Assembly (NCBI GenBank): GCA_040768685.1
Contig: JAXGMM010000001.1
Location: 553,279 to 617,278 of the forward strand
Length of the DNA stretch: 64,000 bases
DNA from: Anaerolineae bacterium
Lineage (GTDB): Bacteria; Chloroflexota; Anaerolineae; DRVO01
Direction: 5' to 3'
The translations under genes and the position numbers were made by a program. Position 1 is the stretch's first letter. Each line of letters starts with the position of its first letter. The notes below the pieces were generated by a model. That model was not told where the DNA came from and did not search any database. It was given only the letters and a program-made list of their open reading frames with translations. Shown here one piece after another: positions 39,862 to 50,675 of this stretch.

Positions 39862-39995
39862 ATGCCGCGTCCAATGTGGGTTTGTGGCGCGAGCATTCTA
39901 TGCACATGGGCGGCGCGCGTCCAAGCCAAATGGGCTCTGAATTGCACGTGCCGAGGCACAGAAACGGATCCCGTCGAGCCGGATCATGGGGTGAT

Positions 39996-42290
39996 CTACT
40001 GAGCGGTGAGGGGGAGCTCGACCCGGGCAGCGCCGTCGGCGAGCGGCAGGGCCTGGCCGCCCTCCAGAGCGTACATGCCGATCCTGAGCGCGACCACCGG
40101 GGCGCCGGCGGGCAGCAGCAGTGCGTGCCGGTCCTCAACCTCCTCGCCGGGCGCCCAGGTATCGGTGGGGCGCGTCCAGCCGGCGGGCACGGCGTCGCTC
40201 TGGGCGATGACGGCGCCGCTCGAGTCCAGCGCATGCACGAAGACCTTGTAGGAACGCGAGGGCGTCGCCTTGGCGCGCCAGTGCAAGCGCACGAGAACGG
40301 TGTCGCCTTCGACGGCGAAGGCCGTCTCCCTGAGGGTGATGCCGTCCGCGAACTCGGCATGAACACCGGACGCGGTCATGGCCTCGGGCGCTAAGGCGTA
40401 GAGGGTCAGGCGACGCTCGCCGGCGCTCTCCTGAAGGGCGCGGTAGCCGATTCCTGCCAGCCAGTCCCCAGTGGCTGAAGAGAATCCCTGGTCGAGGACC
40501 CAGAAGCGGCTGTACTCGGCTGCCAGCCGGTCCGCTACATCGTGCGGATAATCCGGCAGGGAGCAGGTAGCCAATCGGCCCCGGTAGCGATCAGAGACCA
40601 GCGTGGCGTCGCCGGGCGTGGTGGTGATGATCACATCGCCGGCCCTCTCCCGCTGCGCAATGGTCGCCAAGAGGCCGTCGAGAGGGAGCGAGCCGGCCGC
40701 GTGGGAGCGGGCGAGCGTGAAGGCGAGAGAACCTACCACCGCGAGGGCGGCGACGGCGGTGAGGATGGTTCCGTGGCCGGCCAGGGTGGAGCGAACCGCC
40801 ATGACCGACAGGACGAGGCCGGCAAGCAGCGCCCCCAAGCTCAGAGCGTCGACGGTACCGGCGGACGCCCAGGCGAAGTCCAGTGTGCCGAGGCCTAGGT
40901 GCGACCACTGGCCGACCAGGGGAGAGAAGCGCGGCGCCCAGAAGGTGCGCGGGTCGAACAGGGGCAGGCCGGTGCTGAGCAAGCTGTCCTGGAAGGGAGC
41001 AAAGTGGACGAGCGAGCCGGGTAGGTTCAGGACGAAGCCGACGGCCGCCAGTGCCGGCAGGCCGCTTCGCCAATGGCCGCCGCGCTCCCAGATGGAAGCT
41101 AGGCCGAGGGCGAGGAACGGCATGGCGGGGGCGAGGAAGCGGGGCCCCCAGCAGTACCCCCCGTGCCACATGAACCACTTGCCGTAGATGAGAACGTGGG
41201 CGGCGGCGATGGCCAGTGCCCCCCAGGCGACGTCCCGGTGTCGCCGCGTCAGGTCGCGGAAGCCGAAGAGGGCGAGGGCGAGCACGGGAGCGTACAGGAA
41301 GAGGCCGCGGCCGGGGCTGATGAGCAGACCGCTCACACCCTCCACGAGGTTGGCGCTGAACGACTCCTGGGCCAGGTAGCCGCTGGTGAGGGGGTTGCCG
41401 AAGCGAAGGTAGTTGAACCAGCCGGAGAGGGCCACGAACACGCCGAGGCCAACGGAGAAGGCGAGGATGTGGGGCAGACCTCTCCCCCGATCTCTCTCCC
41501 ACGGGGAGAGGGGAGCCTCTCCACCCCCTTCCTTCCCAGGGAAGGGGGCCAGGGGGTGGGGCAGACCTCTCCCCCGACCCCTCTCCCACGGTGAAAGGGG
41601 GGCCTCTCCACCCCCTTCCTTCTCAGGGAAGGGGGCCAGGGGGTTAGGTCTACCTACCCAGATCGCCAGGGCAAAGACGGGCGTCAGCGCGAGAGAGGTG
41701 GTGCGGGTGAGAGCGGCGAAGCCCAGACCGGCGCCCACACCGAGGGCCGCCGCCAGCGATGGCCGCCGGCGGAAGGCCAGCCAGGCAGCGAACGCGGCCA
41801 GCAGGGCCAGGCCGGTCAGGGGATCGCTGAAGTCGTGCTTGCCGTAGGGCAGCAGGGGCGTGGCGAGGGAAAGCGCCAAGGCGGCGGCCAACGAGGCTCC
41901 GGTCGAGTAGCCGAGAAGCGCCAAGCAGCGGTAGAGCAGCCAGCCGGTGGCGGCGGCCACCAAGGGGCTTGCCAGCAGTGCCGCCTGCAGGAGGCCGATC
42001 GCCCCTGCCCGCAGGCCGAGCCAGGCCAGGGGCAGGGCGGCGACGGTCTGGCCGAGGCCCTTGCGCGAGTAGAGGTCGCCGTCGGGGCCGAAGGTGCCTT
42101 GCTGCAGGCCCATCCAGCGATAGGCGTTCATGTCCAGGTCGCCGCGGCGGGCGAGGCTCTCGGTGGTGGCCAGCATGGCTAGGCCATCGCTGGAGTGGGG
42201 TACGCCGCTGAAGTTCAGGAATTGGACGGCGAGCAGGAAGACGAACAGCGCCAGCCCCACCCGGCGCCGGGTGCAGCGGTCGGCGCTCAT
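39996..42290 (-). CDS. GT-C fold membrane glycosyltransferase (ArnT/PMT-like) with C-terminal beta-rich domain; carries in-frame repeat insertion
   Basis: N-terminal FLNFSGVPHSSDGLAMLATTESLARRGDLDMNAYRW loop like GT39/GT83; about 13 TM; C-terminal domain similar to those of 25899-28250 and 42287-44389; start ATG 42290 overlapping upstream stop (ATGA). Confidence 0.7.
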   Translation of the reverse strand: MSADRCTRRRVGLALFVFLLAVQFLNFSGVPHSSDGLAMLATTESLARRGDLDMNAYRWMGLQQGTFGPDGDLYSRKGLGQTVAALPLAWLGLRAGAIGLLQAALLASPLVAAATGWLLYRCLALLGYSTGASLAAALALSLATPLLPYGKHDFSDPLTGLALLAAFAAWLAFRRRPSLAAALGVGAGLGFAALTRTTSLALTPVFALAIWVGRPNPLAPFPEKEGGGEAPLSPWERGRGRGLPHPLAPFPGKEGGGEAPLSPWERDRGRGLPHILAFSVGLGVFVALSGWFNYLRFGNPLTSGYLAQESFSANLVEGVSGLLISPGRGLFLYAPVLALALFGFRDLTRRHRDVAWGALAIAAAHVLIYGKWFMWHGGYCWGPRFLAPAMPFLALGLASIWERGGHWRSGLPALAAVGFVLNLPGSLVHFAPFQDSLLSTGLPLFDPRTFWAPRFSPLVGQWSHLGLGTLDFAWASAGTVDALSLGALLAGLVLSVMAVRSTLAGHGTILTAVAALAVVGSLAFTLARSHAAGSLPLDGLLATIAQRERAGDVIITTTPGDATLVSDRYRGRLATCSLPDYPHDVADRLAAEYSRFWVLDQGFSSATGDWLAGIGYRALQESAGERRLTLYALAPEAMTASGVHAEFADGITLRETAFAVEGDTVLVRLHWRAKATPSRSYKVFVHALDSSGAVIAQSDAVPAGWTRPTDTWAPGEEVEDRHALLLPAGAPVVALRIGMYALEGGQALPLADGAARVELPLTAQ
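41471..41643. repeat. tandem duplicated hairpin repeat (2 x about 87 nt) inserted in-frame within CDS
   Basis: two units GGGGCAGACCTCTCCCCCGA..CTCTCCCACGG.GA.AGGGG..CCTCTCCACCCCCTTCCTT.CAGGGAAGGGGGCCAGGGGGT; encodes PLAPFPEKEGGGEAPLSPWERGRGRGLPH twice. Confidence 0.65.
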
Positions 42291-44389
42291 CGCGGCACGA
42301 CTTGGGGGGCAGGGCCGACGGTCACGTCGGCGAGGACGCACGAGTCGCTGCCGGCGGCCGTAAGCAGACGATCGCCGGTCTCCGGATCGTACACGCCCAG
42401 GAGCAACCGGTACGTCTCGGGCGAGGACCCACCGAGGTCGATAGCGTGCCGATCCAGGACGTACCCGTTGCTCCACGCCGGGACGCTGTCGCTCTGCGCC
42501 AGGGGGCGGAGGTCCGGGCCTGCCAGATGGACGAAGACGGAGAGACCGTTGGCTACCGCGCTGCCCTGCCAGACGAGGGTCAGATTGAGGCGGTCGTCCC
42601 GGATCGTGGACTCCCAGCCCACCAACGTGGTCGCATCCGCGAACCGTACCTGCGCCGCCCTAAGGGCCGAGCGCGGGATCCAGTGGCTGAGGCTGTACGC
42701 GGCGAACTCGGTCTCGCCCACGAGATAGGCCAGGCGGCCAAGCGAGTCGAGGACGGCTGTCGACAGGCCGGAGTCGTCGCCGGATGCGAGCACGAGCCAG
42801 ATGCCTTTCGGCTGCAGGTCGACGACTTGCCGGTCGAGATGGGACGCGAGGTCGCCATCGGGGGCGCGGTCGTCCACGGTGCGGAGCGCCAGGCGGCGGT
42901 GCAAGTGGGGGTAGAAGCGCCCCAGGTCCGGCTGGCGGAGGAAAAGCAGCGTCTCCCCCGGTTCACTCACTTGGCCGAGGTACTCGATAGCGGGACGTGC
43001 CGGCTCGACCTGGTAGCGGGAGCGTGCGTAGGCGTCCAACAGCCGCCAGGAGAGCAGAGCCAGGGCGATGCCGGCCGCCGCGCCGGCCCACGGCGCCAGT
43101 CGGCGCAGATGGGCGGTGGGCCAGGGCTTGTCGAGATAGTCCAGGAGCAGGCCGCCGGCCAGGAGGGCGAGGAGACCGGTGCGCGCGGTGGTGGTGAGCA
43201 CGAGGAGCCAGGTCTCGCCGGGCAGCAGGATGAAGAATCCATGCGATTCCAGGTAGTTGAAGAAGGTGAGGCTGAGGGCCAACACCACTCCCCGCCAGTC
43301 GGGCCAGAGCACGGCGACGAAGGGCAGAAGGTAGAGCAGGTACTGCGGGCTCCAGCCTTTGCTGAGCAGGAAGAGCAGGGTGAAGCTCAGGCCGGTGAAG
43401 GCAACGGCGGTGCGGGGGCGGTCCCAGCGGGCGCGGGCCAGGTACAGCCGCACGTAGACCGCGACCAGGACCAAGCTCAACAGGCCGTAGGGCACGCGGC
43501 CGTCCCAGGCGGGGCCGCTCAGGGCGGCCAGGTCGCGGACGTCGGCGGGGGCGACGCCGAAGCCGTAGTAGCCGTCCAGCAGCGCCCAGATCGTCTGCCA
43601 GGGCGGCCGGATGCGCTGGATGTCCAGCGGGGCCAGTAGCAGACGCGGGTTGTGCGCCAGGAAGGGCGCGGCGACGGCGATGACGGCGGCCCCACCCGCG
43701 ACTAGGTAGCGCAGGCCGCGGCCCCAGTGAAACCCGCGCCATCGCCGGGGCAACTCCGGCGCCAGTCGCCTGAGGCCCACGGGGAACACCAGGGCGGGGA
43801 GCAGCTTCGTCATTACGCCCAGGCCGCCGGCCACCCCGGCTAACAGCCAGCGCTGCTCCAGGACCAGCCAGAGCGCGAGCATGACCAGGAAGGTGGGCAG
43901 GCTGTCGAAGTGGGCCTGGGCGGTGTAGGCGGGCAGGAAGAGGAGGGCGTAGAACACAGCCGAGCGGAGGGCGACCGCTCGCCCCCGCATCCGGTCAGCG
44001 AGAGCGTACACCAGGGCGAGCGTGCCCGCCTCGGCGGCGATGAGCACCGAGCCGAGCAGGAGGTCGAAGATCAGTTGCGGCTGCTCCCAGGGGGGCAGGA
44101 GGAGGGAGAGCCGATAGAGCCCGACCAGCAGCCAGGGGAAGATGGGTGGGTAAGGGCTCCAGATATTGACATAAGGGTACAGGCCGCGGTCGGAGAGGGC
44201 GGCGAACTCACGGTAGTAGTAGTAGTCGGAGAAGTCGGCGAGGAAGCCGCCCGGCCGCAGCAGCCACAGCGAACCGAGACGGAAGGCGACCAAGAGAGTC
44301 AGAAGCAGAAGGAAGTCGCGGCGGTGATTGTCGGCGGCGGTCCTGGGGTTCACGGCGCCACTGTACAAGCGTGAGCGGGCCGCTGGCAA
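42287..44389 (-). CDS. GT-C fold membrane glycosyltransferase (DUF2029/GT87-like) with C-terminal beta-rich domain
   Basis: multiple TM, Tyr-rich N-terminus YYYYREFAALSDRGLYPYVNIWSPYPP, MTKLLPALVFP; C-terminal LTLVWQGSAVANGLSVFVHLAG...LLLGVYDPETGDRLL related to other two GT-C genes; start codon uncertain (TTG 44389). Confidence 0.65.
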   Translation of the reverse strand: MPAARSRLYSGAVNPRTAADNHRRDFLLLLTLLVAFRLGSLWLLRPGGFLADFSDYYYYREFAALSDRGLYPYVNIWSPYPPIFPWLLVGLYRLSLLLPPWEQPQLIFDLLLGSVLIAAEAGTLALVYALADRMRGRAVALRSAVFYALLFLPAYTAQAHFDSLPTFLVMLALWLVLEQRWLLAGVAGGLGVMTKLLPALVFPVGLRRLAPELPRRWRGFHWGRGLRYLVAGGAAVIAVAAPFLAHNPRLLLAPLDIQRIRPPWQTIWALLDGYYGFGVAPADVRDLAALSGPAWDGRVPYGLLSLVLVAVYVRLYLARARWDRPRTAVAFTGLSFTLLFLLSKGWSPQYLLYLLPFVAVLWPDWRGVVLALSLTFFNYLESHGFFILLPGETWLLVLTTTARTGLLALLAGGLLLDYLDKPWPTAHLRRLAPWAGAAAGIALALLSWRLLDAYARSRYQVEPARPAIEYLGQVSEPGETLLFLRQPDLGRFYPHLHRRLALRTVDDRAPDGDLASHLDRQVVDLQPKGIWLVLASGDDSGLSTAVLDSLGRLAYLVGETEFAAYSLSHWIPRSALRAAQVRFADATTLVGWESTIRDDRLNLTLVWQGSAVANGLSVFVHLAGPDLRPLAQSDSVPAWSNGYVLDRHAIDLGGSSPETYRLLLGVYDPETGDRLLTAAGSDSCVLADVTVGPAPQVVPR

Positions 44390-44538
44390 GGGGAGATGGG
44401 AGATGGGGATTGGCCACGGAGGTCACGGAGGACACGGAGAAGCAGGAGACGTGCAGGGAGCAGAGAAGGAATCGCGCGACGCATGGGCCCGGTGCCGCCG
44501 GTCACACTGGTCGCTGTGTGGGCCGAGCGCAGCCACGA

Positions 44539-44982
44539 ATGACGACAATCACCTTCTGGCAGGAGGCGGCGCTGTGGACGGGCAACGACGTGGCGGCGCA
44601 GCTCTCCATGATCGTGAGCACCGCTGCCTGGCGCCGGCTGGTGCGGCCTCACCTGGAGCCGCTCTTCGCTGCCGGGAAAGCGCGTGGCCTGTGGGTGGCC
44701 TTTCACTGCTGCGGGCCGGTCATCGGCGACCTGGCGGGGATGGGCCTGGACGTGCTCAATCCCATCCAGCGCAACTGCCCGGGAATGGACCCCTTCGAGC
44801 TGAAGGCGGAGTTTGGGGAGCGCCTGGCCTTCATGGGCGGGGGACTGATCCTGGCCGCGTCGCACACCGTGCCGCCGGAGGTACTGGGCGGCCGACGTCC
44901 GGCGGAGGTTGGGGTAGGGCGGGGGTGGAGATCCTTCACTTCGTTCAGGATGGCGTGTTTGGGCGTTTGGGGCGACGCATGA
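44539..44982 (+). pseudogene. remnant of URO-D family (MtaA-like) gene, C-terminal ~40% only
   Basis: SMIVSTAAWRRL...GLWVAFHCCGPVIGDLAGMGLDVLNPIQ...MDPFELKAEFGERLAFMGGGL aligns with C-terminal part of 18750-19820 (YYHSCGNLGPLVPELIDAGVDMLNPLE...MDPLALKAEYGNRLAFHGGL); N-terminal region absent. Confidence 0.4.
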
Positions 44983-45066
44983 GGGGTGCAGGGTGACACC
45001 GGGAGACACGGGGGAGGCCGGGGATGTTCGGCCCCCACCCATCACCTGCCCGGTGCTGCAGCGTTC

Positions 45067-46416
45067 CTACAGCACGGCTTGGAGCGCCTCGGCTGCCGCC
45101 TTCACCAGCGTGCCGAACCCCTCCGCACTAACGTTGGCGACCTCGGCCTCGTAGCCGCCCTGGGCGTAGGACTCGGGCGTGGGCACGTAGCCGAGGGTGT
45201 AGTCCACCGGCGCGACCGGCATCAGCCGCAGGTCGGGGAAGCGATCCCAGAGGGCGCGCGCGATCTCGAGGAAGCACTCGCCGGGGAGGAAGGCAGCTGC
45301 GAAGCTGCCCCAGCGCAGGGCGGCCACCTCGGTGGGCAGGAAGTCGCCCTCAGTAAGGGCGCGAAGCTGGAGCTTGTGCGCGAGACGGCGTATGTCGCCT
45401 CCTCCGGGCAGGCGGCGGCCCTCGGCCTTGGCGGAGCGATAGACCCCCACCGCCTCTGCGAGGCTCGACTCCAGTTCGTCTCGCGAGGGGAGTTCCGCCC
45501 GGATGGGCATTCGGACCGCGCGAGAAGCGAACTGAAGACCGTCGCCTTCGATGGGCTCCAGGTCGCGGAGGGCAGCGCGAATCCCTTCCGCCAGGCGACT
45601 GCCGAGCAGACGGACGTCGCGCACGCGGTCGGCGGGTTCCTGCCCGTCGCCCACGTACTTGCCCGGGTTCACGTTGCCGCACGGCCCGGTGAAGTAGGTG
45701 CAGGCGCGGCCGGGGCGCTCCGCCTCCAGGAGGTGCATGGCCTCGCCGGGGAAGTCGGCGGTGACGTACCACTCTTCGTCGCCGCCGGCGGCGGTGGGAT
45801 GGCAGCAGTAGTGGAGCAGCAGCACCTCGCGTTGGCCATCGACCTCGCCCAGCCGCAGCACCCGCACCCAGGGATCGAAGTCGCCCTCGGGATAGGCGCG
45901 CATGGCGGCGTCGGGCCGGCTACCGCGCAGGCGCGCCTTGCCTTGCTCGTTGAGAATGCGACGGTTGCTGGCCACGCCGCTGACTCGCCCGCGTCCACAG
46001 CTCGCCTCCGCGTCGAACATGCCGGCAACTGCCTGGCGAGCGGCCTCGGCGGCTCGATCAAGGAACAGCCGGTAGTATTTGGGGTCGGCGAACTGGAGGT
46101 CATAGGGTTCCAGGGGCACGTTGTTGGCTACCTGCACCGTGGGCGACTCGTGGCTGTGGGTGGCGTGGGCGACGATGCGCTCCCGCGGCACGCCGGTGGC
46201 GGCGCTGAGGGCGCTCTTCACGTCCCGCTGGTTCCGCTGCTGCAGTCCGATGAGGTCGGTGGAGAGAAGCAGCACCGGCTCGCCGCCGTCCTGCAGGGCG
46301 AGGACGCGCACGAAGGGCGGGTCGAAGACCTCCTGGGCCTCGTCGTCCAGGCCCAGGCTGCAAGGCGTACCCAGGGCGGGGGTGATGTCTTGGCGGGCGA
46401 ATCCGACTCGTAGCAT
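45067..46416 (-). CDS. neutral/alkaline ceramidase-like family hypothetical hydrolase
   Basis: N-terminal ARQDITPALGTP and IVAHATHSHESP resemble ceramidase_alk N-domain (DITP...ATHTHSGP). Confidence 0.5.
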   Translation of the reverse strand: MLRVGFARQDITPALGTPCSLGLDDEAQEVFDPPFVRVLALQDGGEPVLLLSTDLIGLQQRNQRDVKSALSAATGVPRERIVAHATHSHESPTVQVANNVPLEPYDLQFADPKYYRLFLDRAAEAARQAVAGMFDAEASCGRGRVSGVASNRRILNEQGKARLRGSRPDAAMRAYPEGDFDPWVRVLRLGEVDGQREVLLLHYCCHPTAAGGDEEWYVTADFPGEAMHLLEAERPGRACTYFTGPCGNVNPGKYVGDGQEPADRVRDVRLLGSRLAEGIRAALRDLEPIEGDGLQFASRAVRMPIRAELPSRDELESSLAEAVGVYRSAKAEGRRLPGGGDIRRLAHKLQLRALTEGDFLPTEVAALRWGSFAAAFLPGECFLEIARALWDRFPDLRLMPVAPVDYTLGYVPTPESYAQGGYEAEVANVSAEGFGTLVKAAAEALQAVL

Positions 46417-46470
46417 AGCGGCGCTCCCAGGCGTGTCGGCGGAACCCCGATTGTCGCAACGACGGACCGG

Positions 46471-47418
46471 CTACTGCAGCGATTCCAGCAGTGTCTGAAT
46501 GACGCGGCCGACGCGCTCCAGGGCCAGCGGCGACACTTTGTCGATGGTGTCGGCGGTAGTATGCCAGTAGGGGTAATCGAAGTCGATGAGGTCCACGGCC
46601 GCGATGCCGCGCTCCAAAAACGGAGTGTGGTCATCGAGCATGGAGTACTTGTACTCGTCGATGAAGAAGTCCGCGTAGCCGAGGTCGGCCGCCAGGGCCC
46701 AGATGCGGTCCTGGAGAGCGACGGTGGAGTTTCGCTCGCGGTAGATCCGCTGGTCGGCGTCGCCGATCATGTCGGCGATGACGACGAACTCCGGCGTCTC
46801 GGTCAGGTTGGCGGCGAAGTAGCGCGAGCCGGCGATGAACTCCCAGCCGTCCAAGCGACCGTTGTCCTCGGCGTCGAAGAAGACGAGCCACACCTGGTGG
46901 GACAGGGTTTCCGGCTCCAGCACACGGGCCAACTCGAGCAGCACGGCGACGCCGCTGGCGCCGTCGTTGGCGCCGGGAACAGGCCGCGCGCGCAGGGCTG
47001 GGTCGGGATCGTTGTCGGCTTGGCGGCGGGTGTCGTAGTGGGCGCCGATCAGGGCAATGGGGCCGCTCCCGCGCTTGGCGATGATGTTGCGCGCCGGAGT
47101 GTCGAGATAGGTGTAATCCTGGAACTCGACCGTCCAGCCGAGGGAGCGCAGGTGTTCGGCGATGTAATCGGCGGTGCGGCGGGAGCCCTCCGAGCCGGTG
47201 GGACGGTCGCCGATGTCCATCTGCGCCTGCACGTGGGCGAAGGCAGCCTCGCCGTCGAAGACCAGGGGCTCCGGCGTGGGGCTGGGCATCGCCGTGGGGG
47301 TGGCGGTGGCCGCGATGAAGGCGTCGGTGGCGGCAGGCGCCGGGGCGGCGGTGCAGGCGACCGTCAGCAGCGCGGCGGTGAGTAGGGCTAGGGCGGCGAG
47401 GTTGCGGTGGCGGTTCAT
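46471..47418 (-). CDS. M28 family aminopeptidase, lipoprotein
   Basis: signal LLTAALLTVAC; IALIGAHYDTR, PGANDGASGVAVLLE, VWLVFFDAED zinc-ligand blocks; ATGA overlap with def. Confidence 0.8.
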   Translation of the reverse strand: MNRHRNLAALALLTAALLTVACTAAPAPAATDAFIAATATPTAMPSPTPEPLVFDGEAAFAHVQAQMDIGDRPTGSEGSRRTADYIAEHLRSLGWTVEFQDYTYLDTPARNIIAKRGSGPIALIGAHYDTRRQADNDPDPALRARPVPGANDGASGVAVLLELARVLEPETLSHQVWLVFFDAEDNGRLDGWEFIAGSRYFAANLTETPEFVVIADMIGDADQRIYRERNSTVALQDRIWALAADLGYADFFIDEYKYSMLDDHTPFLERGIAAVDLIDFDYPYWHTTADTIDKVSPLALERVGRVIQTLLESLQ

Positions 47419-47948
47419 TTGGCCTCCAGGAGCGCTCGCTGGCTGCGCAGGGCGAAGGAACGCCCGTCGACGGCCCGCGACACGGCCAGCACGCCGTCCA
47501 GATGGTCGCATTCGTGCTGCAGCAGCTCAGATAGGTCGCCCTCCAGGTCCCAGGCCCGTGGCTGCCAGTCCGGGTCGAGGTACTCCAGCCGACACGCGCG
47601 GTGACGCTGCACCCGCACCAGCAACTCGGGGAAGCACATGCAGTCGTCCCAGACGGTCATCATCTGGTCGCTGTGGCGAGTAAGGGTGGGGTTGGAGAGG
47701 GCGATGGGGCTGCCGGCCAGGCGAGCGGAGGGGGTGCCGTCCACGTGAACGTAGACCAGCCGCTTCATCACCCCGATCTGAGGCGCGGCTGTGGCGCGGC
47801 CCGCCCCCCAACGGCGGCGGAAGGCGAGCAGAGTGTCGCGAGGGTCCGCCGCCACAGGCAGCAGGTCACTGACTTTGTCGCGGGTCACCGGTTCGCAGAC
47901 CTCGTAGAGCCTCGGGTTACCCAGCAGCAGGATCTCGCGTTCGGCCAT
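47415..47948 (-). CDS. def: peptide deformylase
   Basis: motif 1 GAGRATAAPQIG, motif 2 DDCMCFP, motif 3 QHECDHLDG. Confidence 0.8.
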   Translation of the reverse strand: MAEREILLLGNPRLYEVCEPVTRDKVSDLLPVAADPRDTLLAFRRRWGAGRATAAPQIGVMKRLVYVHVDGTPSARLAGSPIALSNPTLTRHSDQMMTVWDDCMCFPELLVRVQRHRACRLEYLDPDWQPRAWDLEGDLSELLQHECDHLDGVLAVSRAVDGRSFALRSQRALLEAK

Positions 47949-47968
47949 GGCCTAGCTGAGCCTCACTG

Positions 47969-49693
<1,725 letters not shown>

Positions 49694-49743
49694 GGGTCCT
49701 CCGGAAGTGGTCTTGTCGTCTCAGTAGCTGTCAGCCAGTCGCC

Positions 49744-50151
49744 TCATGACCTTGCCGCTTCGGGCAGCGACTGGCAGACAAGATCGAACACAAAGCGGGC
49801 CGCCTCGAACGCTGCCACGAACTCCTCGGTTCCGGGATCCTCAACGTCGCCAGGGTACCGGAACATGACCGCGTACGGCGTAAGCAGTTCTGCCGCATCA
49901 AAGCAGGCGGCGAATGAACTGCCTAGCGCCACTGCTTGCTGGACCAATACGCTCAGATCGTGCGTCTTGCCAAACCTGATGTCATGGTGGGTCAGGTACG
50001 CTTTGAGGGACTTCTCCGCTGCCTGCTGACAGTGAAAGACCGCGACATCCAGGTACGGGTCGCGAGGAGATGCCAGCCTTTCGGCGGCGCCCAGATCACG
50101 CTGAGCCTTCAGCAACCATGCGCGTACTTGCTCCAGCTTGGCGTCGTCCAT
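49744..50151 (-). CDS. HEPN domain protein (HepT-like toxin)
   Basis: Rx4H motif IRFGKTHDL, AEKSLKAYL; start at internal ATG 50151; overlaps MNT gene by about 56 nt. Confidence 0.65.
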   Translation of the reverse strand: MDDAKLEQVRAWLLKAQRDLGAAERLASPRDPYLDVAVFHCQQAAEKSLKAYLTHHDIRFGKTHDLSVLVQQAVALGSSFAACFDAAELLTPYAVMFRYPGDVEDPGTEEFVAAFEAARFVFDLVCQSLPEAARS

Positions 50152-50440
50152 AGAGAGACCGACCCTCCTCACTGATCCTGGCCTCCAGAGAGGCATGGAC
50201 TCGTCTTGACAGCTCGTACTCCCTGCGGGTCCGAACGAGTACGTCCACGGCGGTGTCTAGGCCCCGCAGCGATCGATAGGCGCGGGTAGCCCGACGAGCC
50301 GGCTTTTCATCACTCTCCGAGACAATCACCATCACGTCGATGTCGCTGTCTTCACCGGGGACGCCCCAGGCCTGCGACCCAAACAGGAGGATCTCCTCGG
50401 GCTGGAACTCAGCCACCAGGCGACGGACAATCTCGCTCAT
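50096..50440 (-). CDS. nucleotidyltransferase (MntA-like antitoxin)
   Basis: LFGSQAWGVPGEDSDIDVMVIV GS-x9-DxD motif. Confidence 0.65.
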   Translation of the reverse strand: MSEIVRRLVAEFQPEEILLFGSQAWGVPGEDSDIDVMVIVSESDEKPARRATRAYRSLRGLDTAVDVLVRTRREYELSRRVHASLEARISEEGRSLYGRRQAGASTRMVAEGSA

Positions 50441-50615
50441 GACTTGATCGCCTACCTCGTACATGGCTCAATCTCCGACGTGACCATCTACGGCGGCCGG
50501 CCTCAGGACCAGCCTTTGGGGTGAGTGCGCCCCTCACCGCTTCCACAGCATTATACACTGCTCTTGGGCCGGACACGCTCTCGTCGCCGTGTCCTGTGCC
50601 CGGGCGCGGGGCCAT

Positions 50616-50645
50616 TGTGGCACGAAAGACGCCGGTGCTATAATC
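50616..50645 (+). promoter_or_regulatory. sigma70 promoter of tig-clpP-clpX
   Basis: TTGTGG-18nt-TATAAT; AGGAG SD 10 nt before TTG 50676. Confidence 0.55.
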
Positions 50646-50675
50646 TGGGCCGAATCCTGCCAGGAGCGACACCAG

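Noticed and set aside
39834-39995. Purine riboswitch upstream of the AzgA-like permease
   Set aside because: The leader is GC-rich and I could not find the conserved purine-aptamer junction sequences or three-helix arrangement by eye. Only a DNA-level palindrome is evident. An Infernal scan would be decisive.
44350-45045. 231-aa minus-strand ORF, and the full 222-aa/203-aa plus ORFs
   Set aside because: Only the segment homologous to the URO-D C-terminus (44539-44884) looks genuine. The rest is GC-rich non-coding flank, and the minus ORF is antisense to that remnant.
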